Origin: Candidatus Levybacteria bacterium RIFCSPLOWO2_12_FULL_37_14 | GTDB lineage: Bacteria > Patescibacteriota > Microgenomatia > Levybacterales > UBA12049 | Length of the DNA: 33,050 nucleotides | Assembly: GCA_001782645.1 (NCBI GenBank) | Contig: MFPH01000034.1 | Coordinates: 1-33,050, forward strand | Reading direction: 5' to 3' | Part shown: positions 1 to 8,874 of the stretch, piece after piece | Layout of the letters: each line of letters starts with the position of its first letter | How positions within the stretch are numbered: the stretch's first letter is position 1 | The notes under the pieces: model-generated | Databases searched by the model: none | Seen by the model: only the letters and a program-made list of their open reading frames with translations | Told to the model about the DNA's origin: nothing | Program-made: the position numbers and the translations under genes

Positions 1-471
1 AGATTGGATGAACAGACGGGAATATTAACATATGTTAAGGCAATTGAATTATTAAGAAAAAAAATACCGGATTTTATATTTGAAATAATTGGCGATGGAA
101 AATTCAGGAAAAAAGCTGAGGAGGATTTCATAGTCTTAGGGTTTCAGAAAAACCCCGAAAAATATTTTCAGGATTATAATTTTGCTTTTGTATCCAGATA
201 TTTGTCTATAATGGAAGCAATGACTGCAAAAAGATTGGTATTTGCAGTTTATGATAATCCTCTTAAGGAGGATTATCTTAGGATGGCTCCTTTTTCAAAA
301 TATATTATAATTTTTAATTCTCCATTGGAATTAGTTTCGAAAATTTCTTTTTATATAGAAAATATAAAAGAAAAAGAAAAAATTGTGGAGGAAGCATATG
401 TTTGGGTTAATAAGCATACTTGGGAAAAAATGGTTAATATGTATTTAAAACTTTGGAGCTCAAACCTTTGA
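1..471 (+). CDS. Glycosyltransferase family 4 (GT-B, Glycos_transf_1-like), C-terminal part; the 5' end lies outside the window
   Basis: The frame is open from the window edge. The sequence ...IIGDGKFRKKAEE...FVSRYLSIMEAMTAKRLVF... resembles the C-terminal Rossmann half of GT4 enzymes. The track start at 4 is a TTG and is probably not the true start. Confidence 0.6.
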   Translation, partial: RLDEQTGILTYVKAIELLRKKIPDFIFEIIGDGKFRKKAEEDFIVLGFQKNPEKYFQDYNFAFVSRYLSIMEAMTAKRLVFAVYDNPLKEDYLRMAPFSKYIIIFNSPLELVSKISFYIENIKEKEKIVEEAYVWVNKHTWEKMVNMYLKLWSSNL

Positions 472-523
472 CTTGAATAGCTTCATTTGATACGATTGGA
501 ACTTATTAATAGAAACTTAGAAG

Positions 524-1306
524 ATGACCAAAACAGAAAAATACTTCAGAAAATATTTACAGATTGCCCCTCTTTGTGTTGCGCTTTGGAGGTCTGTTGA
601 GGCAAAACACTTGTCAAAAGTAAAATTGCCCCGTCCAATTTTAGACATAGGATGCGGGTGGGGAGAGTTTGCGGAAGCATTTGGAGTAAATATTGACATG
701 GGTATTGACATTGCTTCTAATGACCTGCGCGCTGCTGCGAAGGGGAAGATGTATAAAAATCTTACTCTTGCTGATGCTAGAAATTTACCATTTGCAGAGA
801 ATTCGTACGGATCTGTTTTTTCAATAAGCACATTCGAGCATATTACGGATACCCCAAGCCTTTTGAAAGAGATGCGTAGAGTTCTAAAGCCGGGGGGTAC
901 CCTGGCTATTACGATGGAAACGGATGATGTGGACAAAAATACTTTTTACCGTCCATTTTTAAGAAAAATTGGATTGACAAGATTAAGTAATTGGCTGACA
1001 TGGGCGTACAATACTAAATTTCACCGCAGAACATTACCTTCAAAAGAAAAATGGATAAAAGATATTAAAGCTGCCGGATTTAAAATAGTTTTAGCAAAAA
1101 ATATCATTTCGCCTTTAATTACAAAACTCTACGATATTTTTATTCCCACAGCATTGCCCTCTCAGTTTTTTAGACCATTTATCGGAAGGAGAAAAGTATT
1201 TAGGCCAAAATTTATGGAGGATTTGCTGGTAAAAATATTTTTAAAATACATTGAAAAAGAAGAAAAAATCGGTACTAATCTCTTTATCGTCGCAACAAAA
1301 ATATAG
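524..1306 (+). CDS. Class I SAM-dependent methyltransferase
   Basis: Motif I is ILDIGCGWGEF. An acidic loop and the post-motif LKPGGTLAI follow. Length is 260 aa and the start is ATG. Confidence 0.8.
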   Translation: MTKTEKYFRKYLQIAPLCVALWRSVEAKHLSKVKLPRPILDIGCGWGEFAEAFGVNIDMGIDIASNDLRAAAKGKMYKNLTLADARNLPFAENSYGSVFSISTFEHITDTPSLLKEMRRVLKPGGTLAITMETDDVDKNTFYRPFLRKIGLTRLSNWLTWAYNTKFHRRTLPSKEKWIKDIKAAGFKIVLAKNIISPLITKLYDIFIPTALPSQFFRPFIGRRKVFRPKFMEDLLVKIFLKYIEKEEKIGTNLFIVATKI

Positions 1307-1320
1307 TCAAAAAAATAAAT

Positions 1321-2226
1321 ATGAAAAAAATAAACGAAGTTGGATTAAGCGCATGTCCGGTTTGCCTGTCTAAGAATACGTATGAATTATATCCTGCCAA
1401 CGTAGATCTAAAAAAAATAATGTTTACGTATGAATTTACTCCGCAATCTCAAAAGACATTCCGTGTGGCTCGTTGCCGTAAGTGTACTCATGCATTCTGT
1501 TCTCCATTGCCCATGAATATGTATAAAAATTACGAAGATGTAATTGATAAGGAATATCTTCGTCATTCGCAAACTCGAAGATTATCTTCGCAATCGGTAT
1601 TAGATATTATCCGTAACTATGCTTCTGGGGAAAAAATGTTTGATATAGGCTGCGCTACGGGAGATTTTTTATCAGTAGCAAAAAGTTTCGGATATTCCGC
1701 TGAAGGACTTGAATTGTCTCGCTGGTCTGCAGAAATCGCTCGTAAAAAAGACATAACAGTTTACATGGACAGACTAAAAGTACTTGCTCAGAAATTTCCA
1801 GCGAGATATGACATTGTTACGATGTGGGGAGTTATTGAGCATTTTCAATTTCCTCGAGATGAAATGCTTTGTATCAATAGACTTCTTAAACCAGGAGGAT
1901 TATTGGTGATTTGGACAGGAAATATTGATGGAATAATGAGTCGCATTCTGGGTAGGCGCTGGTGGTATTGGCAAGGTCAGCATATTCAATATTTTACCAG
2001 TAGAAGTCTTAATAGCTTAGCTTCTTTGTTTGATTTTGAACATCTTATTACAAAACGTTATCCTATCGCTGCTACGTATGAACAAGTGAACAATTCTTTA
2101 AAAAGATATAAATTCCATAAATACCTGATGCCCTTAATCAAGCTTCTCTTCCTAATAAAGCCCATATGGTATCTCCGTTTGCCAGGGGAAATGTTGTGGC
2201 TAGGCCGTAAAGCGTTTGATAAGTAA
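1321..2226 (+). CDS. SAM-dependent methyltransferase with an N-terminal Cys4 zinc-ribbon
   Basis: The N-terminus carries CPVC...CRKC (four Cys). Motif I MFDIGCATGDF and LKPGGLLVIW follow. Length is 301 aa. Confidence 0.75.
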   Translation: MKKINEVGLSACPVCLSKNTYELYPANVDLKKIMFTYEFTPQSQKTFRVARCRKCTHAFCSPLPMNMYKNYEDVIDKEYLRHSQTRRLSSQSVLDIIRNYASGEKMFDIGCATGDFLSVAKSFGYSAEGLELSRWSAEIARKKDITVYMDRLKVLAQKFPARYDIVTMWGVIEHFQFPRDEMLCINRLLKPGGLLVIWTGNIDGIMSRILGRRWWYWQGQHIQYFTSRSLNSLASLFDFEHLITKRYPIAATYEQVNNSLKRYKFHKYLMPLIKLLFLIKPIWYLRLPGEMLWLGRKAFDK

Positions 2227-3945
2227 AATGTAGATAAGTACAATTATTAAAATAGAAAAGATTGCGATGCTTATAGTTTTGGCAATTTTATACGGCAAAA
2301 TGTCTTCGTATTTAAGTTCCAAATATTGTATTCCGCTAGGAAGATTTGCATAAATTAACCCTCTTTTTCCAGGGTAAACAAATATGTCATTAAAATTGCT
2401 TTTGAGTTTCCATCCGGGGTAATACAGCGTGTTTTCTTTTATGACAATTGGCGTTTGTGCATTGACAATATAATTATGCTGAGTTGATTTTCTTTTTATT
2501 TCCCTAACCGTTCCTTTTCCTTGAATAATTTCTAAATGATCGTTTGGGATTTTAGAAAACCAAAAGTTATTTATGTCCGCCCACCTATTATTTAAAAAAT
2601 AGGCCGTTGTACCTTCTGTTACTGTGCTAATCCAAACGTTCTTCCTAAGTGTATAGTCATTAATTTCCGTAATTAACCTTCGATGTCCCCAGTTTAAGAT
2701 TGTATACCCGATTGTAATTACAATAAGCAAGTAAATAAATATTTTTTTTCTCTGGGTATCAGAAAAAGAAATCGCCAAATATCCCGCAAGTACGGATGTA
2801 GATAGGGCTATAGGTAGCAACAATCGGTGACTTTGCAACATTGAAAGAGAAGGAAATTGAAACCAAATTCTCTTTGAATATGGCGACATAAAGAACAGTA
2901 TTAAAAAGAATATTAATAACCAAAATAGATAGGATGGATTTATTTTTTTTGATATATAATTTTTTTTTAGTAAAAATATTGCAAATACGACAACGAATAC
3001 TTGAGTATATCCGATAATCGGGGCAAATTCTCCGTTTGGTCCCTGAAAGAGAAAACCATATCTCCAAGGTGAGTAGAATATTTTGGAAAATGTATCCTGA
3101 AAAATTATTCCTCCGGGATTAGGAAATGTATACGCAGAAAATAAAATATAAGATACCCATGAGTAAATGGCTCCTATGATTCCTATGGACATGAAGACTA
3201 TCGTAATGAAAACACTCTTTAAACCCTTTTTAATATTTATCATCGACAAGACAAATAGACTGGCTATTCCAGTAAATATGCCTGCTATCATAGGATGCGC
3301 AAGAAATAATAGCTGCGACATCAATGCAATTAGCGCTAAATATGTAAATTTTTTCTTTTTTATATATTTTGTAATAAAATAGAAAAGTAACGGCACTAGC
3401 GTAAAAATAGTAGATTCGCCTAAAGTTGCTCTAAAGTGAACATCGATTAGGTGATAAGGATTGAAAATATAAAAGATAGCGGATGTAAATGCGGCAAGTT
3501 TGTTTCCAGTTAATTCTTTTATCCATAAATACATAAATATTCCGGACAAATATAAAGTTAAACCAAGATAAAGTTTCATACTGCTTATAAAGCTGATTCC
3601 TATAAAGTGAAATAAAGAGATAATATAGTAGGGAAGAGAGTAATTAAAAATAAAAAGTGGATTTCCGTAGGTCGCATTAAGTTCTGCTGCCCAAGACGGC
3701 ATTATAATTCCTTCCTTAAGTGAATCGTAAAAGGACATTATTCTATAAATGTGAATATTGAAATCTCCGGACTCATAATCACCATTTCTAAATATGCTTA
3801 TAATTGGCAGTATCGAGATTAGTATTAGTAGAAAGAATAGGTTGATTTTTTTCTTTGGGAAAATGAATTTATAGAACAATAAGCCGCCCAATAATGCTAA
3901 CGAGGACATAATGTTGATAAAGACCATTCTATATGGATCCAGCAT
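2200..3945 (-). CDS. YfhO-like polytopic membrane glycosyltransferase (GT-C-like)
   Basis: The protein has many TM segments. An acidic first loop reads RNGDYESGDFNIHIYR...MPSWAAELNATYGNPLF. The C-terminal soluble part carries YYPGWK...YANLPSGIQYLELKYE, as in YfhO-family proteins. I place the start at the ATG at 3945 (MLDPYRM...). The track's 55 extra codons would run into the divergent gene at 3983. Confidence 0.6.
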   Translation of the reverse strand: MLDPYRMVFINIMSSLALLGGLLFYKFIFPKKKINLFFLLILISILPIISIFRNGDYESGDFNIHIYRIMSFYDSLKEGIIMPSWAAELNATYGNPLFIFNYSLPYYIISLFHFIGISFISSMKLYLGLTLYLSGIFMYLWIKELTGNKLAAFTSAIFYIFNPYHLIDVHFRATLGESTIFTLVPLLFYFITKYIKKKKFTYLALIALMSQLLFLAHPMIAGIFTGIASLFVLSMINIKKGLKSVFITIVFMSIGIIGAIYSWVSYILFSAYTFPNPGGIIFQDTFSKIFYSPWRYGFLFQGPNGEFAPIIGYTQVFVVVFAIFLLKKNYISKKINPSYLFWLLIFFLILFFMSPYSKRIWFQFPSLSMLQSHRLLLPIALSTSVLAGYLAISFSDTQRKKIFIYLLIVITIGYTILNWGHRRLITEINDYTLRKNVWISTVTEGTTAYFLNNRWADINNFWFSKIPNDHLEIIQGKGTVREIKRKSTQHNYIVNAQTPIVIKENTLYYPGWKLKSNFNDIFVYPGKRGLIYANLPSGIQYLELKYEDILPYKIAKTISIAIFSILIIVLIYILLIKRFTA

Positions 3946-3947
3946 GA

Positions 3948-3956
3948 TGATATAAT
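3948..3956 (+). promoter_or_regulatory. Candidate extended -10 element (TGATATAAT) for the long plus-strand glycosylation operon
   Basis: A TGnTATAAT match lies in the 37-nt divergent intergenic region, 27 nt upstream of the ATG at 3983. No convincing -35 is present. Confidence 0.3.
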
Positions 3957-3982
3957 ATAATCTACTCAAGAAAAGAACAAGT

Positions 3983-6565
3983 ATGAAGGTGTCTTTTGTT
4001 GCAACAGTCTTTAATGAGGAAAAAACAATTGGGGATTTTCTAAAGTCTATTTTTTGGCAATCACGAATTCCTGATGAAATTATTATTGTCGATGGGACGA
4101 GCAGCGACAAAACGGTCGCTAAAATTAAAAATGCAATATTAAAAATTAAAAATTACAATGTAAAATTTAAAATTCTGATAAAGAAAGGGAATAGGGCGGT
4201 TGGGAGGAATGAGGCAATTAAGCAGGCGAGTAATGAAATTATAGTTTGTTCTGATGCCGGGTGCATTCTTGATAAGAATTGGGTAAAAAATATTATCGTT
4301 CCCTTCAATGATTTAAGAGTTGATGTTGTTGCCGGATATTATAAGGGAAGGCCAAAAACGATTTTCCAAAAATGTCTGATTCCTTATGTTTTGGTGATGG
4401 AAGACAAACTTAATTCCTTGGAATTCTTACCGGCTTCAAGATCAATGGCTTTTAGAAAATCTATTTGGGAAAAAGTTAAAGGATTTGATGAAGCATATTC
4501 TCATAATGAAGATTATGTTTTTGCTCACAAACTCAAAGAGATTGGAGCGCATATTTTTTTTGAAAAAAAAGCTATTGTAAGTTGGATTCCAAGAAATACT
4601 TTTAGAAGTGCGTTTAAAATGTTTTTCCGTTTTGCATTTGGAGATAGCGAAAGCGGCATTTTTAGAGATAAGGCAATTTTAGTATTCGTTCGGTATTTTT
4701 TTAGTTTATATCTTTTGTGGTTAGCTTCTGTAGAAAAATCACTAGTTCTCTGGGTTGGTATTGTTTTAGGATTATTTATTTATATTTTCTGGTCAATAAA
4801 AAAGAATTATAAATACATTAATAATAAGAAAGCATTTGTTGTCTTACCTCTCTTGCAAGTTGTTTCTGACTTAGCCGTTTTAACAGGGACAAGTTTTGGC
4901 ATAATTAAATCTATCTTAAAAATTAATTATAAAAGGGTTTTAAAAAACAATTTAGTGTTAATAATTTTATTAATAATTTATGTTTTGACAATGCTGTCAG
5001 TGATCGCGTCGGGAATTCCAAATCAAACACATCCGTTTCCATATCATATGGATGAGTGGCATCAGCTATCCGCAGTAAGAAATGTGTTTAAGTTTGGTTC
5101 GCCCAATTTGGCAGGTTCTGCAAATGGAACAATGTTTCATTTTTTTGTTTCAGGAATACTCCTTATTCCTTTTTATATAACAAAAGTTATAAATCCCTTT
5201 GTCATAAAATCTTCAGTAGATTCCCTTTTGGATCAGGAAAGATTATTTATTGTGCTAAGGCTTACCACGCTTTTTTTTGGAATTCTGACTTTAAGTATCT
5301 TGTCAAAAATCGCAAAGCTTTTAAAATTAAACTCATCTTTAATAGTTATTCTATTCCTTTTCACGCCTGTTTGGTTAGTTTTAAGTAATTTTTTTAAATA
5401 TGATATAGCTTTGACTTTTTGGATTACATTATCATTCTATTATTTTTTAAAATATGCTTTTTTTCCAAAATTTAGGAATTTTCTTTTTGCCTGCTTTTTT
5501 TCCGGAATAGCGTTCTCTGTAAAAGTAAGCGCCTTACCTTTATTGCCAATTATTTTAATATCATATTTTCTCTTTGCTCCGGAATTTAATAAAAATTACC
5601 GTTATTTATTTATTGGAATTTTAATATTTTTATTCAATTCCGTATTTCTGGGCTTGCCGGATATAATTTTTGCTGGAAAAAGTATGTATCTATATCTTTA
5701 TGAAAATATAATCGGATCATCTAAAATTATAGGAAATTATAATTTGGGAGGTTCACTTTTAAATTTAACTTTATTGCATAAGTTGCCGGCCATTTTTGGG
5801 CACATCTCATACGCTCTTAATATTTTTGCATTTTTTTATGTATCAGTCTTGACATTTGTAGATCTAAGAAATAAGAAATATCATGATTTCAAAATTAAGC
5901 TATTCATAATGATATCTTTTATTATTTTTTCCTTAAGCTTTATTCCGCTTGGAATAACAATAAGCGCGAATAGGTTAGTAATTTTGCTTCCCCTAGCGGT
6001 TTTAATTGTTGGAACAGCTTTCAAAAATTTAATTAATTTATTAAAAAATAGACCTGTTTTAAAAAACGTATTTATAATACTCTTAGTTATTATTTCGTCG
6101 ATTCAAGTATTTGAATCCTACTTGTGGATTAATCTTAAAATTGCCCCCTCACCCCAGCAGCTTTCATCCAGGTGGATAATGAAAAATGTTCAAAAAAATT
6201 CGAATATAGGACTAGAAAATATACCAATTTATCAATTTGAACCGGATTTTATTCTGAAAGAATTCTACAATAAACAATATAATTCAAACACTAGAACGAA
6301 ATATAATTATTTCATCATAAATAAAGATACAAAAAATTTACCTAAATATATTGTAATTTCAAATATTAATTACGAGAAAAAATATTTAAAAACATCTATA
6401 AAAAACGAATTAGTAAATAGAATTAGTAAAGAAGGGTATAGGGAAATTGCATATTTTCCATTAACATTGCCCGCATATCGGTATTTTGACGGTTATTTTT
6501 ATTATCCATATGTAGGTTTATTTGCATACCCTGATGGAATATCAATATTTGAAAAAAAGAAATGA
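3983..6565 (+). CDS. Fusion protein: N-terminal GT2 (GT-A) glycosyltransferase plus C-terminal polytopic GT-C-like (ArnT/PMT_2-like) domain
   Basis: Residues 1-~225 read VSFVATVFNEEKTI...IIIVDGTSSDKT...CSDAGC...NEDYVF, which is the GT2 pattern. About 14 or more TM segments follow, with the acidic loop YHMDEWHQ and the mid-protein motif FSVKVSALPL typical of ArnT/PMT-type GT-C enzymes. It is a single uninterrupted 860-codon frame. Confidence 0.75.
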   Translation: MKVSFVATVFNEEKTIGDFLKSIFWQSRIPDEIIIVDGTSSDKTVAKIKNAILKIKNYNVKFKILIKKGNRAVGRNEAIKQASNEIIVCSDAGCILDKNWVKNIIVPFNDLRVDVVAGYYKGRPKTIFQKCLIPYVLVMEDKLNSLEFLPASRSMAFRKSIWEKVKGFDEAYSHNEDYVFAHKLKEIGAHIFFEKKAIVSWIPRNTFRSAFKMFFRFAFGDSESGIFRDKAILVFVRYFFSLYLLWLASVEKSLVLWVGIVLGLFIYIFWSIKKNYKYINNKKAFVVLPLLQVVSDLAVLTGTSFGIIKSILKINYKRVLKNNLVLIILLIIYVLTMLSVIASGIPNQTHPFPYHMDEWHQLSAVRNVFKFGSPNLAGSANGTMFHFFVSGILLIPFYITKVINPFVIKSSVDSLLDQERLFIVLRLTTLFFGILTLSILSKIAKLLKLNSSLIVILFLFTPVWLVLSNFFKYDIALTFWITLSFYYFLKYAFFPKFRNFLFACFFSGIAFSVKVSALPLLPIILISYFLFAPEFNKNYRYLFIGILIFLFNSVFLGLPDIIFAGKSMYLYLYENIIGSSKIIGNYNLGGSLLNLTLLHKLPAIFGHISYALNIFAFFYVSVLTFVDLRNKKYHDFKIKLFIMISFIIFSLSFIPLGITISANRLVILLPLAVLIVGTAFKNLINLLKNRPVLKNVFIILLVIISSIQVFESYLWINLKIAPSPQQLSSRWIMKNVQKNSNIGLENIPIYQFEPDFILKEFYNKQYNSNTRTKYNYFIINKDTKNLPKYIVISNINYEKKYLKTSIKNELVNRISKEGYREIAYFPLTLPAYRYFDGYFYYPYVGLFAYPDGISIFEKKK

Positions 6566-6834
6566 ACTTGCTTTTAAAAATAGCCAAATCTAATTTTGGG
6601 AAAATTGTTCTGAAATCTCTGTCGATTTCGACTCTTATAATATTCGTTCTTATGTTTTATTTTAAAAAAATAAGAACGCTTTTCCCTATTCCTGAAATAA
6701 ATAGCGATAAGCTGATAGGATTTGCGCAATATTATGGGTATCCGTTCTATTTTGATACTATTTTTTTCTTCTTCTTAATTTTTCTTCCTGTTCTAGTTTT
6801 TATAGTTGTTTATCTGCTGAGTAAAAACAAATGA
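6562..6834 (+). CDS. Small two-TM membrane protein, unknown function
   Basis: The 90-aa product has two hydrophobic helices. ATGA overlaps occur at both ends (6562-6565 and 6831-6834), which suggests translational coupling. I recognise no motif. Confidence 0.5.
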   Translation: MNLLLKIAKSNFGKIVLKSLSISTLIIFVLMFYFKKIRTLFPIPEINSDKLIGFAQYYGYPFYFDTIFFFFLIFLPVLVFIVVYLLSKNK

Positions 6835-8840
6835 AATACCTACTAGGTTTGATAAATAAAAATAAGGATTACTTAATAATATTAATTTTATCTTTTTTTC
6901 TATCAGCATCTTACATAGTAGATATTTGTAGCGGATATTTAAATTATTATAATTTTGATTTACAGGAGTTTTTGTTGTGGCATTATACGTCTTTAAGCGG
7001 TAGTTTTCCCTATAAGGATATTTTTTATCCTTATGGTCTACTTAACTATTTTAAATATTATAATTTAGCTCTTACGTTTATATATTATTTAATTATTCCA
7101 CTCTTGTTTACTTTTATTTATTTTATATTTAAAAAAGTCTTTAAAGACAAATTATCTTTGTTTTTCTCTTTTATTTTCTTTTACGTATTCGTATTAATTA
7201 TTGTGGGATTTCCAGCATTTGCCAGATACGGATTATTAGTGGTAATTTCATTAATCTTTTCGTGCATATTTTATTCAAATACAAAGAGTACAAAAATAAA
7301 AACATTTACATTATTTGTCTGCGGAATGATTCTAGGTTTATTCTTTACTGTAATAAATGATCAGGGTGCTTACTTAGTATTATATTTTATTTCCTTATTT
7401 ATATTCAGCAAATTACTACAGGCAAGAAAAATAAATTTTTTACTACAAAATTTTTTCATCCAAACTATCGAACAAAGCATAGCGGTACTTTTTGGATTTT
7501 TTATAAGCATGATTCCTGTATTTCTAATCCTACAACATTTTGGTAGTTTTTATAGCTTTTTTACATATTTTAAAGACGTAATAGATATCGTTATGGTGGC
7601 AAAAACACCATTCTTCTCATTCATAGATTCTCCGGCAAATATTTTTACCGTATCAATCTTATTTTTCGCAATATTCTATAATTTTATTAAGTTATTTTTT
7701 TTCAAACACAAATTTACATTCTCTTCATTTCTTCAGACATCCTTAATTATAACAATTTTGATCATGGAGCAAAAAAGCATTATCAGATCAATAGATAGGC
7801 AAATTACTTTTGTCTCTCTGATTCTTTTGATGTTTATAGCTTATGAACTAACTAATATGCTTATAAATAAAAATCAAAATAGAAAAATTATTTATATAAT
7901 TATTATAACCGTAGCTACGCTTGTATACGGTTTTAACGTGGAACGCCCTATAAATAATTTTTCGTACTTGTTTAATAGCTACGAACTTTTAACGAGAAAT
8001 AGGTGTTTTGATAATAATTTAAAGTTTTTTTCGACAAATAATCCGTCTTATGCAAAAATTATTAATTTGTTAAGAAAGCAAAAGGGTTTTAACAATAAAG
8101 TATTTAGTTTTTCAACCGGAGATTCAGCGTTTTATGTTCTATTAAATCAAAAACCCCCTTATTACAATGCGATTTTCGAAGGAGCATCTTATGGTAACCA
8201 GAATCTTGCTATTAAATATATGCGAGATAATGAAATTGAATACGTCACGTTAAATACGAGTAAATTGTCCGTTCAAGACACAGTTCCAGATTATATAAGA
8301 CAAGGTTTTCTTTTTAAATATATTTTAAATAATTATCAGCCATTTGCGGTAATTGGTGATCATATAATATTAAAAAAAGCGCAAAATAATGATTTTTTTG
8401 CTTCTAAAATATTAGAACAAGTAGAAGACTACAAAAACTATTTGCTTGACGTTTATTTATATAAAATTCCTCACTCTGAAGGATTATACAAATATAATTA
8501 TTTAAAGAATAATAATAAGATAATTATTGAAGGGAGCATTGATAAGATTAATTCATTTTTGAAGAAAAATAATTTGTCTTCGAGTAGTAAGATTATTGTT
8601 CTTAACTCCAGTACGGTAAATAAATCAGGAAGCTTAATCTTTATAGAATTTGAAACAAAAAATGGTAACTCTACAACTGTTTATTTTAATCCTTGCAATA
8701 AAAATGAAGTGTGCATTATTAATCTTTCAAGAATTCCTTTCTTTTACAAAGAAAGATTGGTGGAAAAAATCATTGCAGATAAAGAATATAAAGGCGAAAT
8801 AAGGATTTTTGATCTTAAAAATTCAGGAAATTTATGGTAG
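6831..8840 (+). CDS. Large polytopic membrane protein with a ~280-aa C-terminal soluble domain, unknown family (possible glycan polymerase/transferase)
   Basis: The 669-codon frame has roughly 11-12 hydrophobic segments followed by a hydrophilic Asn/Lys/Tyr-rich tail. It is embedded in the glycosylation operon. No diagnostic motif is recognised. Confidence 0.6.
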   Translation: MKYLLGLINKNKDYLIILILSFFLSASYIVDICSGYLNYYNFDLQEFLLWHYTSLSGSFPYKDIFYPYGLLNYFKYYNLALTFIYYLIIPLLFTFIYFIFKKVFKDKLSLFFSFIFFYVFVLIIVGFPAFARYGLLVVISLIFSCIFYSNTKSTKIKTFTLFVCGMILGLFFTVINDQGAYLVLYFISLFIFSKLLQARKINFLLQNFFIQTIEQSIAVLFGFFISMIPVFLILQHFGSFYSFFTYFKDVIDIVMVAKTPFFSFIDSPANIFTVSILFFAIFYNFIKLFFFKHKFTFSSFLQTSLIITILIMEQKSIIRSIDRQITFVSLILLMFIAYELTNMLINKNQNRKIIYIIIITVATLVYGFNVERPINNFSYLFNSYELLTRNRCFDNNLKFFSTNNPSYAKIINLLRKQKGFNNKVFSFSTGDSAFYVLLNQKPPYYNAIFEGASYGNQNLAIKYMRDNEIEYVTLNTSKLSVQDTVPDYIRQGFLFKYILNNYQPFAVIGDHIILKKAQNNDFFASKILEQVEDYKNYLLDVYLYKIPHSEGLYKYNYLKNNNKIIIEGSIDKINSFLKKNNLSSSSKIIVLNSSTVNKSGSLIFIEFETKNGNSTTVYFNPCNKNEVCIINLSRIPFFYKERLVEKIIADKEYKGEIRIFDLKNSGNLW

Positions 8841-8874
8841 TAAATTTTCCGTGTGTTATAATTTGAGGTAATTA

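Noticed and set aside
517-936. Antisense or alternative-frame ORFs in the track that lie wholly inside longer genes. Examples: 517-936(-), 2759-3067(-), 3167-3382(+), 10169-10449(-), 13853-14095(-), 16827-17039(-), 21123-21311(-), 22532-22843(-), 23354-23638(+), 25756-25995(-), 26272-26739(-), 27361-28649 (several), 30035-30956 (several), 31206-31460(+).
   Set aside because: Each overlaps a gene that has clear family motifs on the other strand or frame. Their products are low-complexity or motif-free, which is typical of shadow ORFs.
3946-4110. A 55-codon N-terminal extension of the minus-strand YfhO-like ORF (track start at 4110).
   Set aside because: It would overlap the start of the divergent GT2::GT-C gene by ~130 nt. 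The internal ATG at 3945 begins directly with the first TM segment and leaves a normal divergent intergenic region.
4553-4570. Homopolymer tracts as phase-variation switches in glycosylation genes: T8-G-A8 at 4553-4570 and A9 at 20171-20179.
   Set aside because: A comparable tract (T9 at 30310-30318) occurs in the essential atpA gene. In a genome this AT-rich, such runs are expected by composition and are not specific evidence for slipped-strand regulation.
8854-8862. An extended -10 (TGTTATAAT) upstream of the wzx-like gene as an internal promoter.
   Set aside because: It ends only 12 nt before the ATG, and the GAGG SD lies between them. A transcript starting there would lack the SD, so this is probably a chance match in AT-rich sequence.
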